From Octopus bimaculoides (Eukaryota): a stretch of DNA of 64,000 nt. The stretch covers positions 54,260,799-54,324,798 of the forward strand of contig NC_068988.1 in NCBI RefSeq assembly GCF_001194135.2. Direction: 5' to 3'. The position numbers and the translations under genes were made by a program. Positions 63,991 to 64,000 of the stretch are shown piece after piece (positions within the stretch are counted from its first letter, which is position 1; each line of letters opens with the position of its first letter). Below the pieces are notes generated by a model. That model worked only from the letters and a program-made list of their open reading frames with translations, was not told where the DNA came from and ran no database searches.

Positions 63991-64000
63991 TTTCTCCTCC

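Overview
AT-rich eukaryotic DNA packed with microsatellites and transposons, with 11 N-gaps. The SINE and LINE families look like octopus (inference from recalled repeat motifs, not a database hit). No complete gene, true tRNA/rRNA or CRISPR array is visible, and almost all ORF-track entries are microsatellite or TE artefacts. The only confidently identified protein-coding relics are retroelement or transposase fragments: a 5'-truncated R4/Dong-type RLE retrotransposon sitting between two (TAA)n arrays, CR1-type and RTE-type LINE 3' ends, and mariner derivatives. Much of the rest is tRNA-derived SINEs (local labels A, B, C, D, V), an (AAC)n-tailed element E, hAT MITEs and a probable LTR. The most notable patterns are recurrent same-site nesting of SINEs, head/tail module swapping among SINEs, a head-to-tail SINE stack containing a 95-bp-arm hairpin, and a phase-compatible chain of candidate minus-strand exons of an unidentified gene. 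TE boundaries are read by eye and are approximate (about +/-20 bp) unless a TSD or TIR is quoted.
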